Shown in pieces: positions 1-10,632 of a DNA stretch of 64,000 bases (position 1 is the stretch's first letter; every line of letters begins with the position of its first letter). The translations under genes and the position numbers were made by a program. The stretch covers positions 2,048,001 through 2,112,000 of the forward strand of contig OZ244065.1 of assembly GCA_965215505.1 (NCBI GenBank). Direction: 5' to 3'. A model generated the notes under the pieces. The model made no database searches and had not been told where the DNA came from. It saw nothing but the letters and a program-made list of their open reading frames with translations. The DNA comes from Capsulimonadaceae bacterium (GTDB lineage: Bacteria > Armatimonadota > Armatimonadia > Armatimonadales > Capsulimonadaceae).

Positions 1-2208
1 GACCGCGCCGGAGTCCACGGCGGCCCGCTTCTCCATGCCGGTCTTGCACAGGGGAGCATCAGGCCGCAGGGTCGGGACGGCCTGCCGCTGCATGTTCGCG
101 CCCATCAAGGCACGGTTCGCGTCATCGTTCTCCAGGAACGGGATCATGGCCGTGGCGACCGAGACGATCTGCTGCGGCGAAACGTCCATGTACTCCACCT
201 TGTCGGCGGAGATGACCGGGTACTGGTTGTTGTTGCGGACCTGCACCTGCTTGTCCACGAACGTGTTGTCGTCCTTGAGCAATGTGTTCGCGGGGGCGAT
301 CCGGAAATGGTGCTCGCCGTCGGCGGGCAGCCAGTCCAGGTCGGTCGTCACCTTGCCGCTGATGACCCGGCGGTACGGCGTCTCGATGAAGCCGAACTGG
401 TCCACGCGGGCGTGAACGGCCAGCGACCCGATCAGGCCGATGTTCGGCCCTTCCGGCGTTTCGATCGGGCAGATGCGCCCGTAGTGCGAGTGGTGGACAT
501 CGCGCACTTCCAGTTTGGCCGACTGCCGGCTCAGGCCGCCCGGTCCCAGGGCGGACAGACGCCGCTTGTGGGTCAGTTCCGCCAGCGGGTTCGTCTGGTC
601 CATGAACTGCGAGAGCTGCGAGGACCCGAAGAACGACTTGATGGAGGCCGAAATCGGCTTGACGCTCAGGATGACCTGCGGCAGGATGTTCTCGCTGTCG
701 AGCGACGTCATGCGCTCCTTGGCGACCTTCTCCATCCGCAGGAAGCCCAACCGGAGCTGCGAGTAAAGAAGCTCGCCGACCGACCGGACTCGCTTGTTCT
801 CCAGGTGGTCGATGTCGTCCACGTTGCCGTTGCCCGCCGCCAGCTTGACGACGTAGCGCGCGATGGCGATCACGTCTTCCTTGGTGATGGTCCGGTAGTT
901 CAAAGGCAGCGACAGGCCCAGCTTCTTGTTCATCTTGTGCCGACCGACCTTCGCCAGGTCGTAGCGCCGGGTGTCGAAGAAAATGGAGTTCAGCAGTGAA
1001 CGCGCGGACTCGGGCGTGGCGGGGTCGCCGGGCCGGATCTTCCGGTAGATGTCGATGAGCGCCGTTTCCTTGCTGTAGACGGCCGAGCCTTCCTGATCCA
1101 GCGTGGCGACGATGTAGTTGTTCAGGTAGATGACGTCGAGCGAGTTCAGGCCCAGCGCCTCGATCTTGCGGGCGGTCTCGCGGTCTATCTTGTCGTAGGC
1201 CCGCACCAGCACCTTGCCGGCCGCGTCCTGGATGTCATGAGAGGCATACGGGATGCGCTTGCGCGGCACGGCGTTCTTGAAGGTGTTGTCCGCGTTCATC
1301 GCGGGCGTCCCGTCCTCGTTGAACTCCATGACTTCGACCTCGGCCCGCATCGGGTCGAACAGCGTGGCCCGGCTCGGCGAGGCGATGGTTTCCGGCTCGG
1401 CGAACAGGCGGATGATCTCCGCCGTGGTGTCGCAGGGCGTGGAGGGCAGCTCGACCTGGAACGTCTCGGGCAGGCTGGCCTTCTCGATCCGGCGCAATTC
1501 CGCCGTCCGCATGACGGTCCCGACCTCGACCAGTACCTCGCCCGTAGCCTGGTCCACGACCGGCTCGGCGATTAGCTTGCCTTCCAATTCGCCCCAGGCG
1601 ACCGACTGGACGCCGCTCGGGGAGGCGACCGGGAACAGGTTCAGGGCGCGCAGCAGGGTCGTGATCGGGAACTTACGGGTCTGACCGATCCGCACCGTGA
1701 TGGCGTCGGTGGCGTCGGTCTCAACGTCAACCCAGGCACCTTCGCTCGGGATGATGGTCGCATAAAAAAGCTGGCGGCCAGAGAAGTCCAGGGTGTCCTT
1801 GAAGTAGACACCCGGCGAGCGGGCGAGCTGGGACACGACGACGCGCTCCGCGCCGTTGATGACAAAAGTGCCTTTGTCTGTCATCAGGGGCAGGTCGCCC
1901 AGATACACTTCGCTCTCGATGACCTCCGCGCCCGACGATTGCAGGCGGACGCGGGCCTTGATCGGCGACTCCAGGGTGACGTCGCGCGCACGGCACTCGC
2001 TGATGTCGTACTTCGGCTCGCCGAGGGTGAAGTCAACGAGCGAGATGGAATGATTGCCGGTGAAGTCGGTGATGGGGGAGAAGCTGTCGAACAGTTCGTT
2101 CAGCCCTTCTTCCAGGAACCAGCGGTAGGAATCCAATTGGAGTTCGACGAGGTTGGGGACGTCTACCACATGAGCGGTCTGCTTTGCGGTATGCTGAATC
2201 TCTTTCAA
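1..2208 (-). CDS. rpoB: DNA-directed RNA polymerase subunit beta (5' part; runs off the left edge)
   Basis: Manual translation gives VPNLVELQLDSY, GTFVINGAERVVVSQL and the rifampicin-binding region FFGSSQLSQFMDQTNPLAELTHKRRLSALGPGG. TTG start at 2208 with GGAGG RBS at 2214-2218. Absent from the ORF track because it has no stop in the window. Confidence 0.97.
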   Translation of the reverse strand, partial: MKEIQHTAKQTAHVVDVPNLVELQLDSYRWFLEEGLNELFDSFSPITDFTGNHSISLVDFTLGEPKYDISECRARDVTLESPIKARVRLQSSGAEVIESEVYLGDLPLMTDKGTFVINGAERVVVSQLARSPGVYFKDTLDFSGRQLFYATIIPSEGAWVDVETDATDAITVRIGQTRKFPITTLLRALNLFPVASPSGVQSVAWGELEGKLIAEPVVDQATGEVLVEVGTVMRTAELRRIEKASLPETFQVELPSTPCDTTAEIIRLFAEPETIASPSRATLFDPMRAEVEVMEFNEDGTPAMNADNTFKNAVPRKRIPYASHDIQDAAGKVLVRAYDKIDRETARKIEALGLNSLDVIYLNNYIVATLDQEGSAVYSKETALIDIYRKIRPGDPATPESARSLLNSIFFDTRRYDLAKVGRHKMNKKLGLSLPLNYRTITKEDVIAIARYVVKLAAGNGNVDDIDHLENKRVRSVGELLYSQLRLGFLRMEKVAKERMTSLDSENILPQVILSVKPISASIKSFFGSSQLSQFMDQTNPLAELTHKRRLSALGPGGLSRQSAKLEVRDVHHSHYGRICPIETPEGPNIGLIGSLAVHARVDQFGFIETPYRRVISGKVTTDLDWLPADGEHHFRIAPANTLLKDDNTFVDKQVQVRNNNQYPVISADKVEYMDVSPQQIVSVATAMIPFLENDDANRALMGANMQRQAVPTLRPDAPLCKTGMEKRAAVDSGAV

Positions 2209-2239
2209 ACTAACCTCCTAGGGGAACACACGAACGCTC

Positions 2240-2269
2240 AATGTACCACAGAAAGTGCAGTGTTGTCAA
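2240..2269 (-). promoter_or_regulatory. sigma70-type promoter of rpoB
   Basis: Minus strand TTGACA-N18-TACATT with TG extension, ~30 nt upstream of the start. Confidence 0.7.
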
Positions 2270-2420
2270 GCGGTTCTGACGCAGCTTCGCCCCATACCCG
2301 GTAAGAATGCGGGCCGGGGATGGCGACGGCGACAAAAGAAGCGTCCATTCCCCCTGTCCCATTCGGTGGAATAAACGCTGTACAAGTTATAAACGCGAAA
2401 GTTGAAACATTCGTTCCCGG

Positions 2421-2449
2421 TTGCCAAATCCACACCGACGCGCTATAAT
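2421..2449 (+). promoter_or_regulatory. sigma70-type promoter of gpsA (probably leaderless)
   Basis: TTGCCA-N17-TATAAT with the ATG 6 nt downstream and no SD. Confidence 0.7.
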
Positions 2450-2455
2450 CAGCGC

Positions 2456-3472
2456 ATGGAGCAACAAACGATCGCCATACTCGGCGCGGGGAGTTGGGGC
2501 AGCGCCCTGGCCCACCTCTTGGGGACGAAGGGCTATGTCGTGCGCCTGTGGGACCGGGACACCGAGCTAGTGGAGGACATCAAGGCGCGCGGGCTGAACC
2601 CGAAGTACCTGCCCGACGTCGCCCTGCCCCCGCAGGTGTCGGCGGTTCCGACGATGCAAGGCGCATTGGCCGACGCCGACTGGGTCGTCATCGCCGTCTC
2701 CTCAGGAGGCATCCGGGAGGTCGTGGCCGAGGCTGCCGACTTCCTGACTCCCTCGACCGCCGTCTTGAGCGCGACCAAAGGATTGGAAGCCGAGACGGGC
2801 TTCACCGTTTCCGAGATCATCACCACCCTGCTGCATGACGTTTCCTATCGGGGATTGGCAGTCCTGTCCGGCCCGAACCTTGCGCGCGAGCTGACGCGCG
2901 GTGTTCCCACCGCCTCGGTCGTCGCCAGCCTTGACCCGCAGCAGGCGCGGGCGGCCCAGTCTCTACTGATGACCGAGCGCACCTTCCGCGTCTACACGCA
3001 TACCGACGTCAAGGGGGTCGAACTAGGAGGGGCGCTAAAGAACGTCCTCGCCATCGGCGCGGGCCTGTCGGACGGCCTGGGCTTCGGCGACAACACCAAG
3101 GCCGCCCTGATGACGCGCGGCCTGATCGAGATGACCCAGCTCGGCGTCGCGGCGGGCGGCAAGGCCCTGACCTTCCTGGGCCTCAGCGGCGTCGGCGACC
3201 TGCTGGCGACCGCCTCCTCCAAACTCTCCCGCAACTACCGGGTCGGCCTGGGCCTTGCCGCCGGCAAGACCCTGGAACAGATCCAAACCGAGCTGCACCA
3301 AGCGTCGGAGGGCGTCCCCACCGCCCTCGCCGCCCAGGTCCTCAGCCAGCGCCACGGCGTCCAGACTCCCGTCTTCGCCACCATTAACGCCGTACTGCAT
3401 GAGGGCCTCTCGCCCGCCGTCGCCGTGGAGGAGCTGATGACGCGCGCCGCACGGGAGGAGTTCTCGTCCTGA
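2456..3472 (+). CDS. gpsA: NAD(P)H-dependent glycerol-3-phosphate dehydrogenase
   Basis: GAGSWG Rossmann motif, ATKGLE, SGPNLA, GVELGGALKNVLAI, GLSGVGDL, SRN. Confidence 0.96.
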   Translation: MEQQTIAILGAGSWGSALAHLLGTKGYVVRLWDRDTELVEDIKARGLNPKYLPDVALPPQVSAVPTMQGALADADWVVIAVSSGGIREVVAEAADFLTPSTAVLSATKGLEAETGFTVSEIITTLLHDVSYRGLAVLSGPNLARELTRGVPTASVVASLDPQQARAAQSLLMTERTFRVYTHTDVKGVELGGALKNVLAIGAGLSDGLGFGDNTKAALMTRGLIEMTQLGVAAGGKALTFLGLSGVGDLLATASSKLSRNYRVGLGLAAGKTLEQIQTELHQASEGVPTALAAQVLSQRHGVQTPVFATINAVLHEGLSPAVAVEELMTRAAREEFSS

Positions 3473-3475
3473 TAG

Positions 3476-5158
3476 TCAACGCCCCTGGATCGTCAGAGGC
3501 ACCGTCTGAGTGATCTGCCCGTCGGAGGCCTGGATCGTCACCGCGTTTGTCGTATGACTGCGGTAGGTATTTATCGTGAACGTCGCGCTCGCGCTGCCGG
3601 CGGGAATGACCACCGTTTGCTGGACGCGGATCGTGGCCGGGTTGCTGCTGCTCAACCCGATGACGATGTCCGACGGGGCCGCCCTGTCGAGCGTCACGGT
3701 CGCCGTCACAACGGTTCCGCAGGGCACTGAAGACGGCACAGAGAGCGCGGTCAGCTCCCCGGAGAGGGCATGAAGCGCGTAGATCGCGCCGCCAGCACCG
3801 CCGACACTGTAATCGGCGACCAGGAGACGGTCGACGCCATCGGACAGGACGGCCAGGGGGTGTCCGAATCCGGACGCGACGCGCTGGACTTTGCCGGTCC
3901 CGGTGTCAACGGCGACTAGGTCGGAGTAGTTCAGAGTGTGCTGGACGCTGCCGTTCGGGTCCTCGGTGATGGCATCGTTCCAGCGCGTGATAAAGATGTT
4001 GCCGTAAAGGGCGGCGGGGAGGCGCGCGGAATAGAAAAAGCCGCAGCCGTCGGCTGAACTGCTCGGCCCCAAGCCGTCCGGATTCGCCGGGTCGTGGAGC
4101 GTGTATGGGCCGGGGTTGAAGAGGTTGTCGAAGGTCGTGGACAGGACGCGGTGGTAGCCGGCCAGGCCCGGCGTCAGCATCGGGTTTTTCCCGCGCCAGT
4201 TGACGTCGGCATAGCCATAATCCGCGCCGGGCGAGGCGAGGAACAGTTGATCCTGGATGTCGCGGCTGAGGTCCGGCCCCGCCGCGTCCCTGGGGTGGCC
4301 GGGCCCGACGGTGCCGTCCCCGTTGGTCGGGTTGCGGTTGAAGTTGTTGGTGAACCAGAGACGGCCCGAGAGGTCAAAACAGAGGCCGAACGGGTTGCGG
4401 GCACCTGCGGAGTGGACGACGAGCTTGGCGTCGTCCTGTGTGGTGTAGGGGCTGTCGTCACTCTGAATCAACGCCTGAGTCACGGCGGCGGTGAGATACA
4501 CATTCGCCGCGCCCGGCGTGTCGGGGACAGCATCCAGGTTCTTGATCCAGGCGATGGTGCCGCCGTAGGCGCAGTCGCCCAGGGTGTTGCCTTGACCACC
4601 GAAAGCAAAGCCTGAACCGCCGAAATCATCCAAAAACTGCCCTGTCAGCGCCCCCTTGTAGCCGTTAATCGTCCGGCGTCCGATGCCGACATACAGCGTA
4701 CTGCCCTGGATTTGGAGTTGGTCTACGTCATGGTCCCCGACCGGGATGTCCGTGACGATAGGCACCTTCAACTCACCTGCCGCCGTTTCTCCCCAGATGC
4801 CGTTGCCGTTTTTATCGTCCAGCTTGAGAATGCCGTTGAACGTGGAGACGTACATGTTCCGGCGGTAGAATGCGATGCCGAGGCCGGCGACGCCCGGCGC
4901 GGCGATTTTCGAGTCGCTGATTGTCCCTGCCTTTGCGTCATAGGCATAGCTCAAGACGCCCCCGGACGCCGTCGTGAGGTAAAGCCGACCGTCCGGCCCC
5001 CACGCCATCTGCGTCGGGTTGCCGGTGAGCGTCGCCAACGGCTGGACCTCCATCTGATTTTGGTAGGCAGCCACGACAGTCTGGGCACGGGCTGTTCCAG
5101 CCAGCATGAGTGCGGCGAGTGCGGAAAGGCAGAACGACTTCGCGGAACATCGGTTCAT
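3476..5158 (-). CDS. Secreted PQQ-dependent sugar dehydrogenase-like beta-propeller protein with C-terminal Ig-like domain
   Basis: Signal peptide ending ARA|Q. PTQMAWGPDGRLY, GARNPFGLCFD and GADYGY motifs of the glucose/sorbosone dehydrogenase family. Beta-rich C-terminal module TATVTLDRAAP...IPAGSASATFTI. Confidence 0.7.
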   Translation of the reverse strand: MNRCSAKSFCLSALAALMLAGTARAQTVVAAYQNQMEVQPLATLTGNPTQMAWGPDGRLYLTTASGGVLSYAYDAKAGTISDSKIAAPGVAGLGIAFYRRNMYVSTFNGILKLDDKNGNGIWGETAAGELKVPIVTDIPVGDHDVDQLQIQGSTLYVGIGRRTINGYKGALTGQFLDDFGGSGFAFGGQGNTLGDCAYGGTIAWIKNLDAVPDTPGAANVYLTAAVTQALIQSDDSPYTTQDDAKLVVHSAGARNPFGLCFDLSGRLWFTNNFNRNPTNGDGTVGPGHPRDAAGPDLSRDIQDQLFLASPGADYGYADVNWRGKNPMLTPGLAGYHRVLSTTFDNLFNPGPYTLHDPANPDGLGPSSSADGCGFFYSARLPAALYGNIFITRWNDAITEDPNGSVQHTLNYSDLVAVDTGTGKVQRVASGFGHPLAVLSDGVDRLLVADYSVGGAGGAIYALHALSGELTALSVPSSVPCGTVVTATVTLDRAAPSDIVIGLSSSNPATIRVQQTVVIPAGSASATFTINTYRSHTTNAVTIQASDGQITQTVPLTIQGR

Positions 5159-5203
5159 GGGGTTTCTCCTGAAGTTTCGTGCTGGGATGACTGCCGACTG
5201 AGA

Positions 5204-5542
5204 TCATGGGAAGCGGACGAGCGACATCAGGCCTTGCGGGGGCGGGTCCTGGTAAGGCAGAGTGAGGCCCCGCCGCAGGGTTGTCAGCGCCTCCACATTC
5301 TCCTTCACCAGAGATGCTTTTTCGGCTTCCGTGTAGTCGCGGTCATCGGGATCGCCGGCCCCCTGCCGGCCGGGGCCGTTGGCGAAGTCAACCTTGTGCC
5401 GGTCCTTCTCGGAAGCCGCAGCGGACGCATAGAGATCAAAGGCCGTGGATTGTTTGGGTGGGGGAGGATCAGCGGAGCAGGGTTGCAGACAGAGCAGCGT
5501 CAGAGGAAGGACGACCAAAAGCAGTTGTGGCTTTATCTTCAA
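5204..5542 (-). CDS. Small secreted hypothetical protein, possibly truncated
   Basis: TTG start with GGAG RBS and signal-peptide-like N-terminus; 112 aa. Confidence 0.5.
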   Translation of the reverse strand: MKIKPQLLLVVLPLTLLCLQPCSADPPPPKQSTAFDLYASAAASEKDRHKVDFANGPGRQGAGDPDDRDYTEAEKASLVKENVEALTTLRRGLTLPYQDPPPQGLMSLVRFP

Positions 5543-5620
5543 TACTGTCTCCTGTCTCTGCTAACCTGCCTGTGCGTCAGAGAGGGAAGGAGAGTAAGTA
5601 CGATTTTGCCCCTTCAATAT

Positions 5621-5869
5621 TCAAAGCCGACGCCCTTTGTACAGAGGGTTCCACTTTTTGATGTCGGCAAACGTGTATTCCGGCTCGTCTTCCTCATAAC
5701 CGGCGGCGAAGTTCTGCATCGATAGCCGGAGCCAACCCGCGCGATCCTCGTCGTCCTGTGCGGATTGCACAACCACAATGAGCGGCGTGTTCGGCTCCAA
5801 CTCGTTAGGCCCATCGAGAACGATTGGTTGACCATCAAAATGGGCAGCCAGTGTCACGGGACTCATCAT
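5621..5869 (-). CDS. Small acidic antitoxin-like protein
   Basis: LAAHFDGQPIVLD N-terminus and acidic C-terminus (YEEDEPEY) resemble small antitoxins. Starts 7 nt after the rpoD stop. Confidence 0.55.
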   Translation of the reverse strand: MMSPVTLAAHFDGQPIVLDGPNELEPNTPLIVVVQSAQDDEDRAGWLRLSMQNFAAGYEEDEPEYTFADIKKWNPLYKGRRL

Positions 5870-5876
5870 CGCTCTT

Positions 5877-7015
<1,139 letters not shown>

Positions 7016-7019
<4 letters not shown>

Positions 7020-8866
7020 TTCCCCTCACGAGGCGTCAGGGACTTCGGTGTCCCCTTCAGCTCGGCCAGCAGTTTCCGGAACTGTTCCTGGGTTTCGGCG
7101 TCTGCCGTCCCGGCCATGATGCGCGCCTTCAGACCCAGTAGGGTCTGCTCTTTCGCATGGTCCTTCAAGTAGGCGATCTCGCCGGCCAGCGACTCCGGCG
7201 TCACCGGCTCTTCGCTGCTGTTCATCAGCAGCTCCGCCAGCAGGCCCGCCTTCGGGTCGTCCCCCAAAGAGGCGAGTACGACTTTCGGGTCCAGCGTCCC
7301 CGTCTGTGCGTAATGGTCGTAAAGGTAGCCGGCCAAGGCCCGCGCGCCCTCGGTGACGAACTCGGCGGGCGTCAGCTCCAACAGCGCCAGCCCGGCCAGG
7401 GCGGGATCGTCGCTGACAAGCCCGCAGAGCAGGTGGCGCTCGGCCTTCTCCGTCGCGCCGCCGCCGGAAGGCGGCGGGGGCGCGGGGTAAGACTGGCGGC
7501 GCGGGGCGTAGGCTGCCGGGCCGCTCTGACCGGCCAGGTGGCTCGCGATGTCCTGCCGGATGTGTTCCTCGGCGAAGGCGGCCCCCGAGCTGTAGTACGG
7601 GTGGTACGGCGCGAGCAGCTTGACATACTGCTCACGCTCCAGGATGCTTGAGACGGAAGCCACGATGGGCCGCGCCTTGTTGAACAAGGCCACGCGGTCC
7701 CGCTCGGTCTCGGCCGGCCCCTTGCGGATGAGCCGCCTGATGCGGTACTCGGTCAGCGGCAGGGCGGTTTCCATCGCCTCTTCAAAGACGCGGCGCTTGC
7801 CTGCTTTCAGCAGGCTATCCGGGTCCTCGCCTTCGGGCATGTCCAAGACGCGCACGTCCACTTCCTGCGTTTCAAAGATCTGGGCCGCCCGGCCCGCCGC
7901 CTTCAGCCCCGCCGAGTCGGCGTCGAAGGCTAAAAGCACGACCGAGGCGAGCCGCGCCAGTGTCTGCACATGCTCCTCGGTCAGCGACGTACCAAGGGTC
8001 GCGACGACGTTCTCGAACCCGGCCTGGTGACAGGCGATCACGTCCGTGTAACCCTCGACGACCACGGCCCGCTCCTGGGCGGCGATGGCCTTGCGCGCCC
8101 GCCACAGCCCGTACATCTCCTTGCCCTTGGAGAAGAGCGGCGTCTCGGGCGAGTTCCAGTACTTGGGCTGATTGGGCTTGGCCTCGCCGATCAGCCGCCC
8201 ACCGAAGGCGATGGGGCGCTCATGCACGTCCAGGATTGGGAAGACGAGCCGCCCGCGCATTTTGTCGTAAGCGCCGCGCTCGCCGACCGTCACCAGGCCC
8301 GCCTTCTCCGCATCCGCCAGGCTCACCCCGTTCCGCGTTAGGAAGCGGCAAAGGCCGTCCCATTCGTCGGCGACGAAGCCGAGCTGGAAGCTCTCCTGGG
8401 CGGCGTGGGCCAGGCCACGCTCTTGCAGGTAGTCCCGCGCGACGGGGGACCGCGCGAGGACCTCCCGGTAGAAGCGCAGGGCCAGGCCGTTGATGTACCG
8501 CAGGCGGTCCTTGCTCCCCGCCTCTGAGGGGGCGGCGGCCTCGCCCGTGCCCGCCGGCGATGCGCGCGGTGTGCGGCTGGTGAGCGTCACGCCTGCCTGC
8601 AAGGCCAGCCTCTCCAGGGCCTCGGGGAAGGTCAGGTTCTCGATCTTCTGGACGAACTTGAAGACGTCGCCGCCCTCGCCGCACGACCCGAAGCATTTCC
8701 AGTAGCCGATCTCCGGGCTGACCACGAACGAGGGCGTTTTCTCCTGGTGGAACGGGCACAGCCCTTTGAGCTGCCGCCCGGCCCGCTTCAGTGTCACATA
8801 GCGCTCCACGACCGAGACGAGGTCCGTCCGAGTCCGCACCTCGTCAATGTCGCTGCGGTCCGCCAT
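7016..8866 (-). CDS. dnaG: DNA primase
   Basis: CHC2 zinc finger [11 protein letters not shown]...[13 protein letters not shown], Toprim EGYTDV and FDADSAG. Confidence 0.97.
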
Positions 8867-8879
8867 GGTGGGTCACTTG

Positions 8880-9701
8880 CTAGTCCGGAGCCGAGACGAT
8901 GATCCCAACCAGCTTCTGGTCCAGGAACTGGAAGCCGCAGTGCAGGGTGTCCTTGTAGTCAGCGTTAATGATTGAGCCTGCGATGGAGTGGTGTTCCGGG
9001 GATCCATAGCGCGCGACCACCTGGGAGTAGGTCGTCCCCAGTTTAATCCCGCGCGCCGTCCCGTAGGAGCCGCTGTAGCCCGTCTCGCGGATCTGCACCA
9101 CGCGCTTGTCCGGCGAGATCGTGAACTCCAGGTCGCCGCCCAGGGCGCGGTCGTAGATGTAAGTCACGGTCTCGAGGCCGGGCGTGGCCACGCCCCCAGG
9201 GCCGGCCGCGCCGCCCCCACCGCCGGGATAGCCGCCGCCCCCGCCAGGGTAACCGCCGCCCCCGCCCGGAAAGCCGCCCCCGCCGCCGGGGTAGCCGCCG
9301 CCACCGCCGAAGCCCGGCAGAGCGCCGCCGCCGCCGCCGCTGGAACTTGCCATCGGCCCGCCTGCCGTCCGCGGCCCTCCACCGCCACCGCCGCTACTGT
9401 CAGCCGCGGCACCACCGCCCGCGCCGGGGTAGCCGCCGCCACCCCCGCCGCCACCGGGGTAGCCGCCGCCACCGCCCGCCGCCGCTCCCGTCGTGGCCCC
9501 GGCGGCGGGCGCGACGCCGCCGACCAGGATGCGGCTCGGGTTGCCGAACTTTTTCGTGACCTGGGAGCCCGACGCGAAGATCGGGATGCCCGCCAGGGAG
9601 CGCTCCGGCCCGGACGCGGCCGAGATGGTCCCCGCCGCCGAGACGAACGCGGCCACCGCCGTCGCCGTCAGGCCGACCCGCCAGCCAATATTCTTTGTCA
9701 T
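8880..9701 (-). CDS. Secreted glycine-rich hypothetical protein
   Basis: Signal-peptide-like N-terminus, central GGGGYPG/GGGGFPG repeats, globular C-terminus; GGAG RBS. Confidence 0.8.
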   Translation of the reverse strand: MTKNIGWRVGLTATAVAAFVSAAGTISAASGPERSLAGIPIFASGSQVTKKFGNPSRILVGGVAPAAGATTGAAAGGGGGYPGGGGGGGGYPGAGGGAAADSSGGGGGGPRTAGGPMASSSGGGGGALPGFGGGGGYPGGGGGFPGGGGGYPGGGGGYPGGGGGAAGPGGVATPGLETVTYIYDRALGGDLEFTISPDKRVVQIRETGYSGSYGTARGIKLGTTYSQVVARYGSPEHHSIAGSIINADYKDTLHCGFQFLDQKLVGIIVSAPD

Positions 9702-9940
9702 CGTGATTGTCTCCTCGAAAGATGCGGTCTGCTGAAGAACCAGCGTCAGGGAACGCGGCGCGGAAGACGCGGCGCGTTAAACGGGAGGCCGGGAAAGCAA
9801 TCGGACGCAGACTCACCCGTACACAGCATTATACGGTATTATTGTACTTAATCGGCGCGAATTCCTCCCGGCCCGTCAAAGATGTTTCCGGCAAACTTTT
9901 ACCCGGACCCGTTCGTCGGGTAACTTCCCCGCCGGGAGGG

Positions 9941-9966
9941 TGAACTTTCCGGCGCGGGGCGCGTCT
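9941..9966 (+). promoter_or_regulatory. Putative autoregulatory ECF-sigma promoter
   Basis: TGAAC-N16-CGTCT ~40 nt upstream of the ECF sigma gene; fits the AAC/CGT pattern of ECF promoters. Confidence 0.5.
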
Positions 9967-10005
9967 GCATGGGTATCATACCACCAATCGGCTGAATGGG
10001 AAGCA

Positions 10006-10614
10006 ATGATGATGGGATACGCTCAGGCGATCCGCAGGCCCCTGACCGACACGTTTCTCGTGGAACGATGCCGCACCAACGATGAGGCGGCATTCAACGA
10101 GGTCGTGGCGCGCTACAAGACCAAGATCTACAACTACATCTACCGGATGACCGGGAGCACCGACGACGCGGAGGACTTGACCCAGGAGGTCTTCATCCGC
10201 ATGTATACCTCCATCGAGTCGTTCCGCAGCCAGTCCAGCCTCAACACCTGGCTCTTCCGCATCGCCGGCAACCTGTGCATTGACCGGTTCCGGCGGTCCA
10301 AGAACCGCACGGCGGCGTATTCGCTCGACGACCCCATCGGCGACGGCGAGGGGGAAACGACGCACGAAGTTCCCGACAGCACCTACGAGCCGCAGCGCCT
10401 GCTGGAGAACGAGGAGATGGCCGAGCAGATACAGCGCGCCCTGGCACAGCTCCCCGAGAAGCTGCGCGCGACATTGCTGCTGCATGACATCGAGGGGATG
10501 CCTTATGAGGAGATCGCCCAGGTCGTCGGCTGCCCGCTCGGCACCGTGAAATCGCGCCTGTTTAACGCCCGGATGCAGCTTCGCCAGCGGCTGGCGGGCT
10601 ACATGACTGCATAA
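10006..10614 (+). CDS. ECF RNA polymerase sigma factor (RpoE/SigW-like)
   Basis: DAEDLTQEVF, TWLFRIAGNLCID and YEEIAQVVGCPLGTVKSRLFNAR. Confidence 0.95.
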   Translation: MMMGYAQAIRRPLTDTFLVERCRTNDEAAFNEVVARYKTKIYNYIYRMTGSTDDAEDLTQEVFIRMYTSIESFRSQSSLNTWLFRIAGNLCIDRFRRSKNRTAAYSLDDPIGDGEGETTHEVPDSTYEPQRLLENEEMAEQIQRALAQLPEKLRATLLLHDIEGMPYEEIAQVVGCPLGTVKSRLFNARMQLRQRLAGYMTA

Positions 10615-10632
10615 GAACCCTGACTAAGAACC

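Noticed and set aside
541-640. Possible rifampicin-resistance substitutions in rpoB
   Set aside because: The key Gln, Asp, His and Ser residues match the sensitive consensus.
35-2304. Several plus-strand ORFs over rpoB
   Set aside because: Antisense shadows of rpoB in high-GC DNA, with no motifs or RBS.
9200-9500. GC-rich tandem repeats resembling an array
   Set aside because: They encode Gly-rich peptide repeats; there are no unique spacers or cas genes, so this is not CRISPR.
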